This document shows positions 17,801 to 29,000 of a stretch of DNA of 64,000 nt, one piece after another. Source of the stretch: an uncultured virus (IMG/VR IMGVR_UViG_3300044643_000328) (lineage: Duplodnaviria; Heunggongvirae; Uroviricota; Caudoviricetes); IMG/VR virus record IMGVR_UViG_3300044643_000328, positions 1 to 64,000 of that record. The stretch is one strand, 5' to 3'. The position numbers were made by a program, and so were the translations under genes. The notes under the pieces are model-generated. The model saw only the letters and a program-made list of their open reading frames with translations, searched no databases and was not told the origin of the DNA. Each line of letters starts with the position of its first letter. Positions within the stretch are counted from its first letter, which is position 1.

Positions 17801-20073
17801 GTGAAGAGGTTACATCTATTACAGATAAAATTATACAGCTTGGAAATAACATCTTATCTTATGATGAGGTGAGATCTAAACTTGATGCTTTTAAAGGTAG
17901 AAACATTAAGCGTAAAGGTGAGACTGCTCCTGTAGAATCTGATACATTAGAGAATGGTGAGATAAAAGACGTTGTTGATTCTAAAGCAGATACTATTACA
18001 CAGAACAAGAATGTACAAAATCTTTTAAATAAAGATTCAGAAGGTGTACTTTATGGAGGTAGTGACAAAGTTATAGATGGTGGTTCTAAAGTTAATAATA
18101 CAAGTGAACTTTACATAACAGACTACGGTACTGCAAACAAACGCGTTGACAGAAAGCGTGTTGGTGCTAACCCTAACTACCCAATGGTTTTAGGTACATC
18201 TACAATTGGTGTAGGTACTAACCTATCTTTAACTGTAGATCTTGAAATTGAAGACTTTAAAGACCCTAACCGTGAAGATAGTAAGACTAGAAAAGCTAGT
18301 GACTTCTTTGAAGGTAGTAAAATAAAAGAGTCTGCTATGGATGACTTCCCTATCCGTATAGAAGCAGAGATTAATGATCAACCTGTATTATTAGGGTACT
18401 ATCCCACTGTAAAATGGTTGGAAGAAAGATGGCCTGATGGTACAACTAAAAACGTTGTAGAGTTTATCACAACTCCTGATGGTCAGTCAATCAATAACTT
18501 AGCAGCTCAGGTAGAAATAGTTAAAAATTTGAGGAAGGAAATCTTTGAAGGTCATAATTTTAATAGTAACTTTGGAGTAACAGCTATTGTAAATGGTAAG
18601 TCTAACGGTAAACTTAGACTTAACGAAGACGGTAGTTTTAATAAATTATCAAAAGTGTTACATCCATCTACAAAGCTTGGTATCATACGTAACGGTATGG
18701 TTCATTTAGGTAATGACGTAGTAGCTGAGAATGTAATTACAGATCCTTCTATATATAACAATCGTGAAGGTAGACCTGTAGCTTTAATAACTACCCCTAC
18801 AGGTAAGTCAATTGTTAGTTTACTAACTGTTCCTAAATTAGCCCCGACACATCAAGAGCTTATTGTATCTGCTTGGAGTGCTTTTCATGCTGTAAAGAAT
18901 ACAGCAGATCCTGCTTCTCTTAAAGATCAAGTGGCTATTGTTAAAGCTATTTACGATACCTTTGATACACCTTTTGAACCTGGAACGATTGTAGACTTTA
19001 ACGTACTTAGAAACTACATTAATGACTATGTAACGTTTACAAGTTCAAAGCAGTACAATCCATTGTTAAAACCAGGAACTAGCCAGTTAAATATAACTGA
19101 AGCTGGTGAACTTATAGCATGGTCTGTAAAAGATAAATCAAAGGATAAAGATGTAGTTATAGCTAAGAATCCAGCTGAATTTGCTAAGAAACAAGATCAA
19201 ATGCGTGAGAAGCTATCTGATCTTTACTATAATGCAAAGACAACTACTGAGTTCTCACAAGGAATCAACTCTGAGTCTCCTATGACTTTCTTAAGTGTGG
19301 TGGGTGGCAAACTTGTTAAGAGCCCTCAACCAATTACTTATAACGAGTATATGATGAATATATTAGAAACAAATATAGAAAAAGGAAGACCTGTAGATTC
19401 TAAAGATCCTAACAGTCCTTTTGTGCATTTTTCTAATCCTGTGGTAACATTTGATGTTGTAGATAATAACTTACAATCCTTAGAGGCATTACAAGAAGAA
19501 CCTTCTATCCCAGCAGTTCCTGTAGAAGATAATAGACCTATTGAATATGGTGAGGTGTTTGTTACTGGAACCATATTAGGTCAAGGTGATGTATACGGAA
19601 ATGTTCCTAAGTATTATCCTGATAGAAGAGGTGATAACGAGTATAACGCTGGAACTAAAAAATACTTTAAAGAAGAAGTTATACAAGATAAGAAGATATT
19701 TACGTTAGTAGATGCATCAATAGTTGATACTGCTAATAGAAAGGGCTTTGTTGCTACTAGTATATTAGTAGATAAAAACTCTCCTACAACATTAAATGAC
19801 GTTAAAGCTGATTTAGAAGCTATACATGCAAGAACAATGTCTGGTGTAGAGAGTGATCGTAAAGTAAATAAAGCAAAAGTTACACAAGCATTAACTGGTG
19901 TAAGGTGGGCATCTCGTAAAGAAACTCCAGCTGTTAAAGCAGAAGAGCTTCTTGATCTCTCATTAGACTTTGGTGATGTAGCTGAAGACATTGGTAATAT
20001 AGATGATATGATTGAACCAGATATGAAATCTATAAAGACCTCATTAAAAGAACTGAAAAAATCTTGTGATTAA
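14815..20073 (+). CDS. Giant ejected protein preceding the virion RNAP, with N-terminal membrane-like segments
   Basis: 1752 aa. Gly/Ala-rich hydrophobic segments in the N-terminal ~480 aa, followed by acidic linkers. First of three giant genes, matching the crAss-like RNAP triplet. Its only Cys is the penultimate residue. Confidence 0.6.
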   Translation: MAGKLQYGPNDYRFNQKPLSGAPILGEAPGVESLPTLDPIDSGASDAWYQAEQRIKGTSKRINPFHGTAATRTDFIPEELSRKYKDLPYGYIPGIDNDDFYSDTDGFWKTLGKGALRIPTLVTTKLGQSLGFLGSIPYEGISAIYKDGDQNVIANAADNAFSNYFKDLEETVKTDWLPTYNSAADRNKGFFGRMFTDMDFWADDVVDGAAFMAAAWIPGIALNKIGAGKGIVGATSKVFGKPLANPSTIANVEAVGAGVNYFQNAQKIASGLDKFTAWGIATASEAMFEASGIKDNVYKSLTTNQFGQPVINPLTGDPYTEDEKKRIAGNSAYNGFFLNAALLGVTNLFELPYVTKQFGKVSGMATGLRGGAALGEDLAAKTATGKWGKFLESNYGAMAKGLGAGILREGLVEENAQLAIQRLNEFYGANGMSLDVLDYRNYGELGKQLGRQTIDAFKGDDQETAMNIGLGGLLGGGMSTFGPGGSIAQAKRDKITTDQAVDMYNQTQANWLKFGNIYKEELVETQDENGNPITEKRIILDEDSKPLVDEDKLAGILSSVKAYGAKLNLADEVEDGNPFLRNYLRDDAFRQFTLAHINAGNEDTLMGKLDSLRNAKPEDLAKLGFVQGENFEADINRYKGIAAAIIAQNKAINSDIIFDNTKEDQARKAKLTELASTQAVLRGLASEELRNYENVKSQFVDSTNSSLSDGLVDQLNDIQFRIDSQEEYIKNLKESGVVKPAQLALHEDILDELKSTQKDLLKYNETSAQELKKDDAGYYSYEKKARNEAAFVNPMNKRMRIKGQLENTIAALGREWGLYADFKTGKKNFLDFINEQVVEPVNKTIEENNALIPDENLVDNVDIDGMDAGPAQNIELGKPSLDSFLRDRHADMQAKGTVSVDFNTWLNSAGANNLIKYYNQKYGTTEPLVEKPQVEEEIEPELVTEDQADEVPQDVMNEALDIETEDELPEGELGTTALSSVKLGPYVVNLGDEINGEEVTSITDKIIQLGNNILSYDEVRSKLDAFKGRNIKRKGETAPVESDTLENGEIKDVVDSKADTITQNKNVQNLLNKDSEGVLYGGSDKVIDGGSKVNNTSELYITDYGTANKRVDRKRVGANPNYPMVLGTSTIGVGTNLSLTVDLEIEDFKDPNREDSKTRKASDFFEGSKIKESAMDDFPIRIEAEINDQPVLLGYYPTVKWLEERWPDGTTKNVVEFITTPDGQSINNLAAQVEIVKNLRKEIFEGHNFNSNFGVTAIVNGKSNGKLRLNEDGSFNKLSKVLHPSTKLGIIRNGMVHLGNDVVAENVITDPSIYNNREGRPVALITTPTGKSIVSLLTVPKLAPTHQELIVSAWSAFHAVKNTADPASLKDQVAIVKAIYDTFDTPFEPGTIVDFNVLRNYINDYVTFTSSKQYNPLLKPGTSQLNITEAGELIAWSVKDKSKDKDVVIAKNPAEFAKKQDQMREKLSDLYYNAKTTTEFSQGINSESPMTFLSVVGGKLVKSPQPITYNEYMMNILETNIEKGRPVDSKDPNSPFVHFSNPVVTFDVVDNNLQSLEALQEEPSIPAVPVEDNRPIEYGEVFVTGTILGQGDVYGNVPKYYPDRRGDNEYNAGTKKYFKEEVIQDKKIFTLVDASIVDTANRKGFVATSILVDKNSPTTLNDVKADLEAIHARTMSGVESDRKVNKAKVTQALTGVRWASRKETPAVKAEELLDLSLDFGDVAEDIGNIDDMIEPDMKSIKTSLKELKKSCD

Positions 20074-20074
20074 T

Positions 20075-23000
20075 ATGGCTTGTAAGTATATACTTAATGG
20101 TAGAGAGTACACTGAGAAAGAACTCTTAAATTTAGCTAGCTCTGCATCATCTTTGATGTCTGTACGTACACGTACTAATAACGAGATGATTGAGATAATG
20201 AAGAATCAAGCTAGTAATAGATTTGTAAATCTTGATTTGTTTACTCCATATCAAGAGAACAATTACATATCTGCTATTAGTGCTGATGTTATATCACAGA
20301 TCGGTACATTTAAGCCAGGAGAAAAAGTAAAGATTTCTCCGTCTGAAGCTTTTCTTAAAACTAAGGCTCGCTTTGAGAACTCTCTTAAAGTGTATACATA
20401 CTTAGCTGAGAAGCTAGATACACCTGCTAAATTATCACAGGCTAGAAAAACAAAGGAGTACATTAAAAAGTTTCCTCAGTTATTATTGACCCCTACTATA
20501 GATGATCTTCAGTCAATGAAGAGTACTTATGGAAACATCTTAGATAACTTTGAAGGATTTAAAACTAAGGTTAAAGTAAACCTTAAAAAGTTTGGTTTAA
20601 AAGTTGAAGAAGGTTCTAATAAGTTTCAAGAGTTAAAGCTTGATGAAGAATACTACAGAAACATTGTTAATGAGGATGCTAATGTAGAAGAGATAACTGA
20701 AGATGAAAGAGTTATCAACGAATCATATGAAGATGGTAGTGCGTTTAGAGTGAACCCACGTGATACTGCTAGTACCCGTGTTAAATTATTCTTTGCAACT
20801 GTACCTTCTGGTAGAACAGGTGCTTTAGGTTTAAAAGAGTTTGTTACATACGATGATGTAATAGAAAACTTTTTAGAGATTGGTTCTGAACTAGAGAATG
20901 TTAACTATGACAATTTACAAGCTGAGCTTCTTCAGAGGTCTAAGACTAGACCTTATTTGAAGAATGTAGCTTCAATGATTGCTGGTTTACAGAAGGATGG
21001 TAATACCCAACTTCTTAATGAGATATTAACTTTTGCTAACAAGTCTTTCCAAGAACAGATCTTAGTTAAATGGAATCCTGCAGGTAATGCTGGAGTTAAT
21101 GTTGAAATTATTAAGTCAAACCGTAATACGGTAATTCGTCAAATATATAATGATTGGTTAGAGCAACAGAAAGCTTCTGATATTATTACTAATAAAAATG
21201 GAGAGCTCGTTGTTAATACAGAAAAAGCAGCTGAGCTTAAGAAAACTTTAGATGAAGCTGTTGCAGGTAGTCCAGAAGTAAAGAAAGCCTGGGTTAAATC
21301 TTTTATGGCTAGCATCGGTGTAACTTACACTGATGAGATGTTAGACTATTTAGAAGAAGCTGCTAACAATGGAGAGTTCAAAAAGAACAATCTTAACTCT
21401 AACTTTGCACAGTTATTTCTTTCTAATAACTTGTTTAGTATTATTGTAAATAAGTATAACACCGCTCCTACTGGTAAAGCAGAGGTTGGTTATGATGATG
21501 CTAATAACGCATTAAAAGATGAGTTTACTTCTTTTAGCAAGTTAGCTGAAATATACTATCGTCATACTCCAGGTAGATACCACACTGGTTCTACGCGTAA
21601 TGGTGAGAATAAATCTATCTATTCTTATATCGCTCCTAGTTATTTAGAGCGTATGAAGAAGAAACTTAACTACAGTAAAACATTCTTAGAAACAGTTCTT
21701 AAAAGATCATTTGCTAAGAATTCTACAGTATTAAAAAACTATGAGGCTTCTAAGCGTACAGGTGCTAATAATGTAACGCTTGATATTTTCTATGCTGATA
21801 GTTTAAAAAGAGACAAAAAGAACCGTGATGGTGTAGTGCGTAAGAAGCAGTCTGTGAAAGAACAGATGTTTGAAGCTATTATTAAACACCAAAACTCAGG
21901 TCGTAAGACTGGTTACTATAACATTTTTACTCTTTCTGATAAGACTGTTACTCCTGTTTTACATATTGATAAGTATAAACTTAACGATAAAGAACAAAGA
22001 CGTTCTGGTAAAGACTTAATTTTTAAGCAAACTACCGGAGATGTTCGTGATAGTTTTGACTTTGGTGAGACTTTTAAAAATCAGCTTTACAATTTAGTAG
22101 AAGCTGAAGTTAACCGTATTGTAGATTATTCTAAACAACTACAAGCTGGTAATAAGCTTAAGCAAGCTAACTTTGATAAAGCGTTTGAGCTGTTTTATTT
22201 GTTCCCTATACTGAATCAAAGTTCTAAAGACCCTAAGGGTAAGAAGCTTGAAGAGATAAGAAACAGAATGTATGAAGGTAAAACACCTTCTAAAGAAGAC
22301 GTTGATTATATTAAAAACGCTGTAACAGAAAACTTTAAAGATAAGACTCTTAAGTTAATTAAGACCATGACTAAAAATGGTTTGATTAACTATTCTAAAA
22401 GTCCAACTACTGGTGAGTTATTGTTTAACTTTCCGTTCTTTGATTCTTCTTACATGACTCAATCAGAACTTAACGGTCTGAGTGATTTACAAAAAGCTAT
22501 ATATGCTGCAGCTGATTTTGAGTTTAACTATTTAAGAACTCAGGTTACTGCTTTACAGCTTTTAGGTGCTGATCCAGCATTATACTATAAGGAACCTTCT
22601 TCACTTAAAAATGCAAACTTAGCTGATTTAACTCTAGCTCAAAAGACTAGTGTAGTTAGATCTACTATGGATGAATTCTCTAAGCGTGCTGCTATGTTTA
22701 TTGCACCTGGTTCTCAAGGTGTATGGAAGTGGTATGATGCTAAAGGTAATCTTGTAGATAGAAGTTCTTATAAGGCTATTACTATTAATGATGTTAAAAA
22801 AGATACTGAATTATTTAAAGATGTAGAAACTACGGATGCTCAGGAGTTTATCACTCTACAAGAGCATATTGACCGTATGATGAGTGAGGGTAGAATACCT
22901 TTAGATGTATGGCAAAGTATTACAGACCGTCTTGGTAAAAAGAATCAAATTGAAAACTTTCAGCTTTCTGATAGAGAAAAGGCTATGGTGTTACAGCCAG

Positions 23001-26000
23001 CTAAGCCTGTTCATACTAACTCTGTAGAGAATGGTAACGGGTTTAACCGTATAGACTACGTTAAGTCTTCTACTTATCCTTTGATTCCTGACATTACAAG
23101 AGGTACTCAATTAGATGACCTACGTAAGTTTATGGAGTCTAACAATATTAGATCTGCAAACTTCAAGACTGCTAAGAAGACGGGTCAACCTGAAAAGGTT
23201 CTAACTGTGTTTGATGAGAATGAAAACTTTATAACACCTAGTAACGCTGATTTAGCAGCTGGTGTACAAACTCTAGGTAGAGAAGGCTTGCATACACAAC
23301 AAGAGATACCTTTACAAAAGGATGAGATATCTAACATTTCTCAAGCTAACCGTGTATTGTTTGATGGTTTACTTACCGTTCAAGACTTTATACTAGAGAA
23401 CACATCTTTTACTGGTCAACAGCTTAAAGACTTAAAAGAAAACATTCGTATTAACTTATTTGATAAAGCTAAGAACGATCTTGTAAGAAGATTTGGTATT
23501 GAAGAACGCGGTAGTGGCGTAGTGTTTAAAAACAAAAAAGCTTTAGAACAATTACTTAGAGAAGAAGCTTTAGAAAGAAACTTTTCTATCAACGATATTG
23601 CTGCTATTAAATTAGATAAAGATGGTGATCTTATCATCCCTCCGTATCTAATGGCTAGAGGTGAGAAGTTTGAAGGTCTTATTAACTCATTGGTTACTAA
23701 GATAGTACGTTTGAAAAACCCTGGTACTTCATTAGTTCAGGTGAGCGGTGTTGCTAGTAAGCTAAAGTTAAATGAACTAAATAAAGATACTAAGAACGAT
23801 ATTATCTGGTTACCTAACTACGATGCTACTAAAGGTTTGCAGTACATGCGTAAAACCAAAGAGGGTGTTAAACCTGCTCAGGTTTTAGTATCTCAGTTCA
23901 TTCGTGATGAAGAGGGTAACCTTATTGATCTTTCTAAGTTTGTGACAGAAGATAAGAAGACAGGTATTAAAACTCTTGATACTTCTAGTTTTTCTGAAGA
24001 GTTATTCCAATTAGTTGCTTCACGTATTCCTAACCAGGGTCACTCATCAATGCTTCCTATAGAAGTGGTAGGTTTCTTACCTAGCTATATGGAAAACACT
24101 ATTGTGGTGCCGGACGGTATTACAAAGCAGATGGGATCTGACTTTGACGTAGATAAATTATTTGCGTATACTAGCTCACTTAGATTAAGGTATTCTAAAG
24201 AGACTGAAAATAAGGTGATAGCTCTTGAAAAAGAAATGCTTAACATCAAGAACAAGAGTGAAGCTGAAAATACAGAGTTATATAAAAACTACTTAAGTAA
24301 GCAAGAGCTAGCTACTATAAAGCAACTTAAAGAAGATAAGAACGAGATTGTAAATAAGCTTAAGTGGAACATCTCTGATAAAGAGAAGGCTCGTAAGCAG
24401 AAGAGTATAGATAGCATCAACACTCTAATTGAGTCTGTATATGAGAACATTAGAGAAAAGTATGCTGATGAATACTTAAAGATTAGACAAGTGCAGGAGA
24501 AGAACAAACAAGCTACTCGTAAAGAGCTTGATGATCTTCGTAATCAAATAGTTGAAGCTAAGTCTAAAGGTATAGTTGGTGCTGATAAAGTTAAGTATGA
24601 CATATCTAAGTATGACGAAAAGCAAGGTTGGGAATCACTATCTAGTCTTAATGAAGATGAGTTACATCAAATGTACCGCGATCTTCACTGGTCAGTGTTA
24701 ACTCATAGATCTGCTTTTGATAAGATTACTAAGTCAATTGACTTTAATGATATTAAAGAAGAAGCTGACATGCTTGAAGCTATGGGACTTTTTAAGTCTG
24801 ACATAACTTATTCTCCTATGGGTTTTGAAGAGCAAGTACAGATCTTTAACGATAACAAAAGTGGTAAGTTAGGTACAGGTATCTTTGCATCATTAGGATC
24901 TTTCTTAGCTGATAACCAAGACAAATCTATTGTATTGGGTCACATTGATCCTAAAAGTCAGAAGATTGTTCTTGATCCTGTAGTGGTGTTAGATGAGAAT
25001 GGTGAAAAGTTAGAACTTTCTAATATTACTGCACCAGGTTCTACAGGTGATACAAAAGCTAACACAAGAACCAAAGGAGATAATAACTCTATGACTTTGA
25101 GTGAATCTTTGGATAACTCTAAGAATAAAAACTTATACAAGTTTAACTGGTCTGAAGAAACTATGGGAGCTTTATCTGCTCTTATAGCATTATCAGATCA
25201 GAACGGTAAAATCCTTAGGATCAACTTTGCTACAAGATTCTTTAAGCAACCAATTATTGAAGACTTTGTAAGTGAGATTCAATCAGCACGAGATACCTTG
25301 AGTGACTATACTCCAGATGTTAAAGATGCTGTAATGAACAAAGTGTCTAAGAGATACTTTGACATGATGAGTCAGCAAGCTCAGGATAAGATGATTGAAG
25401 ATACAAAGAATGGTGAGTATAAAGAAGAGGTATTTGGACCTGGTAACTTAAAAGAAATGCTACAAGACAGCTTGGGTGAACCTGCTGATATGGATAGCTA
25501 CGCTAAAAAACAGATAGATGCTCTTATGTTGTTTGATCGTTTAAGCACTATTGGTAGTGAGTTAAGCGGTGTGATTGGTGCGTCTTATGTATATACAAAA
25601 GGTGTAGGTAGTAGTGTGTTTGATGTTATAGATGGTATACGTAAGCTTGGACGTTTAAATAAATCAGCTGTATTTCTTGGTCTTAACAACTTAGCTGGTA
25701 AGGTAGATGTACAGGTTGACAATGGTAGATACTCTATAGAGGAGCCAATTGGTGAAATAGGTCATTCTATAGATCGTTCTTTATTGTTTGCAGAAAAGCT
25801 TTATAGAGAGTTATATCCTGTACACTTTAGTAGTTTCTACAACACCGTTTCTGAAAAGATATTTAATGGTTTAAATGTAGATAAGAATACAGTTGGTTCT
25901 TCTAGATTTATTAAACTTAATAAAGAAATTATCAAGGGGGTACGCTCGTACTTGTTTACTAACTCAACATTAAATATTTCAGATAACGCTGCACAAGAAA

Positions 26001-29000
26001 GAGAAAGATTACTGATAGACACTGCAGAAAATAAGTCTTTAGCTAAGCGTATTAATGAAGCTAAACTTGCTTACCCTGAACTTGAAGAAAACTACTTTAT
26101 TAAGAACTTAGGCTTAAAGCTTAGTACTAAAGATGGTTTACCTAGTCAGGTTTATTATAAAAGTCCATTTGGAGACATAGACGAGATAGAAAACAATAAA
26201 GGTTTCTTAAGTTTAATCTTCTCTGGTAATGATGAGCAGATTCAGATTGCTAAAGATTTAGCATTATATACATACTTGACTGGGGCTAATCAGACTAATA
26301 GTAGTTTTGGTAAGTTCATACCAATTGAGTATTTTATATCTGATGCTGATTTCTTAGCTGGTGTTAAAGGGTTCAAGAAGGATGTATTTAATACAGGACT
26401 TCCACAGTTCTATCGTCAGTTTGTTCAGAACAACCCTGACATGGCTACTCGTTTAACTAAAGAAACTGCTGCAGAGCTAACTAAATTAGGTAACGTAGAA
26501 AAGTTTTCTATTGACACTACTAACGATCTACATTATAGATTATTAGTTAAAACTGGTCCAGCTGACAATACATTAGCTAGAGAAAAGTTTGCTGACTTTA
26601 TTTCATACACAGATCCTCAAAGTAAGCAAGTATACTTATATGAGAGAACTAGTGCTATGAACATAGGTAAGTACGAAAGAATTAATACTTTAGGTACGCG
26701 TAAGGCTGGTTTCTCTGAATACATGATGAACGAGAAACAAGTTCCTTCTGTATTACCTATTAATATGACTGCTGCACAGCTTGCTGAGTATAAAGTAAAA
26801 TATCCTGACGCACCTGGTATTGAAGATAGTATAGATGTAGATAGCTTAGCTGACGGTATGTTAGAAGATGATATCAACTTGGATAATCTTTTAGATCAAG
26901 CTGATATGTTTGACAACATAGATTTAGATGTTATGGCAGCTCGAGAACCTATGGTTCAGCAGCCTAAGCAAGTTGGCAAACCTTCTGAGTATACTAACCA
27001 CTCTGGTGGTGCAATTGGTGCTGACAGTGCATGGGATACTATTGGTAGAGAATTTGGTGTGGTTAATCATAATCATTACTACTTTGGTGCTAAAACACCA
27101 AAGGGTAATGTAGAACTTACAAAAGAGCAGTTAGAAGAAGGTGTAGCTCAGATGCGTAAAGCAGCTGAAGTTCTTGGTAAAAATCCACAGAAAGCTAGCA
27201 CTGTTAACTTACTTGCACGTAACTGGTTCCAAGTTAAGAATTCAGATCAAGTGGTTGCTATAGCACCAATTGATGATAATAAAATGTTTGTAGAAGGTGG
27301 TACTGGTTGGGCTGTAGCTATGGCTCAAGCTAACAATAAAGAAACCCATGTATTCAACCTTAAAGATAATTCATGGTATACATGGAACGGTAAGGAGTTT
27401 GCTGCTTCTGGAGTTCCTGTTCTATCTAAAAACTTTGCTGGTATAGGTAGTAGACAAGATAATGGTAAAATGACTGAGGAGTCTTTACAAGCTATCTTTG
27501 ACGTATATGATAATACCTTTAACTCTGTAAGAACAGAAACTTCTATTGCTGATGTTAGTACACAAATAAACCCTACAGAAGAGATAGTTATCACAGATCC
27601 TACTGATACTCTTAACTTGGATGACATGTTAGGTATGGATATGGATGACACTACTGAGATTAATCTAGAAGAGCTTCAGAATCAACCTGTTGAGTTTGGT
27701 CAAGCACAGACAGACCCTGTAGTAAAAGAGCTTATCCCTAATATGGATGGTGATAATAGCGTTAAGACTGTTTTAAATAACATCTTTAAGACTACTACTA
27801 ATCCATTCTTTAAAGACTTAATTAAGATTTTAGGTCAGTCTGGTAGCATCAAAGACGCTAATGTTATTATAGATAACGAGATGGCCCACCCTGGAACTTA
27901 CGCTCCGGGTATAATTAGAATCAATGCTGAGCTAGCTAAGAAGGATAATCCTAAACAAACAGCTAAAGCTAACTTAGAGACAGTGATTATGCATGAAGTT
28001 ATGCATGCTGCCACTGCAGATATTCTTAAGCGTTTTAGAGAAAATAAAGCTAGTCTTAACAAAAGACAGATTATCTTTGCAACAGGGCTTACAAACATGT
28101 TTAAGGATCTACAAGAAAGAATGATAGATTCTGAAGAGCATGGTCCTAAGCTTACTGAGGTGATTGATAAGTTGTTTGGTAGTAATCAGGATGTAGATCT
28201 TTCTCCTAAAGAGAAGTCTATGTACTATGGTCTTACAAATGTTGATGAGTTTGTAAGTATGATCATGACTGATAGAACCTTCCAACAGTTCATGAACCAA
28301 ACTATGTATAATGAGAATACTAATACAAGTATCCTTGAGAGATTCAAAGAGATGTTAAGAAACTTGGTAGCTTCTCTTGCTGATATTATTGGAGTAAAAA
28401 TTGATAACAAATCAGCTTTATATAATGGTGTAGATACTATTGTAAAGCTTATAACTGAACCGGATATTCAAGATCATTCTGATGAAGAAACTATTAACGG
28501 AGATCCTAATGAAGGTCAGTTAAATATGGATGACATAAACAACCCACAAGATACAACAACACAAGATTTCTATATGTTAAAAACACCAAACGGTTCCTTT
28601 AAAGCAAACGAAGATCAGATAATAGCTATTGATACTGTATCTGAATTCTTAAACAAGCCTACTACTGAGAAGTTAGAAGACAACGTGTTCTTACTGTACG
28701 GACCAGGTGGTACCGGTAAGACTGCTTCTGTAGCAAGTGCTATTAATAAAGCTTTAAGTAATACAGCTGAAAAAGTTAAAGTGGGTTACACTGCTATATC
28801 TCACACTGCTAAAGGTGAGTTAGTTCGTGCAGGTAATGAAGAAGCTGTTACACTTGCTTCATTATTAGGGTCTAGACCTAAGATTAATTCTGCGGGTGAA
28901 GAAACCTTTGACTTAATACCTCTATCAGAATATACTGATGGTGATAAGCCAAAACCTTATCCTCCAATATTTACTGTAGACTGGTTAGTTATTGATGAAG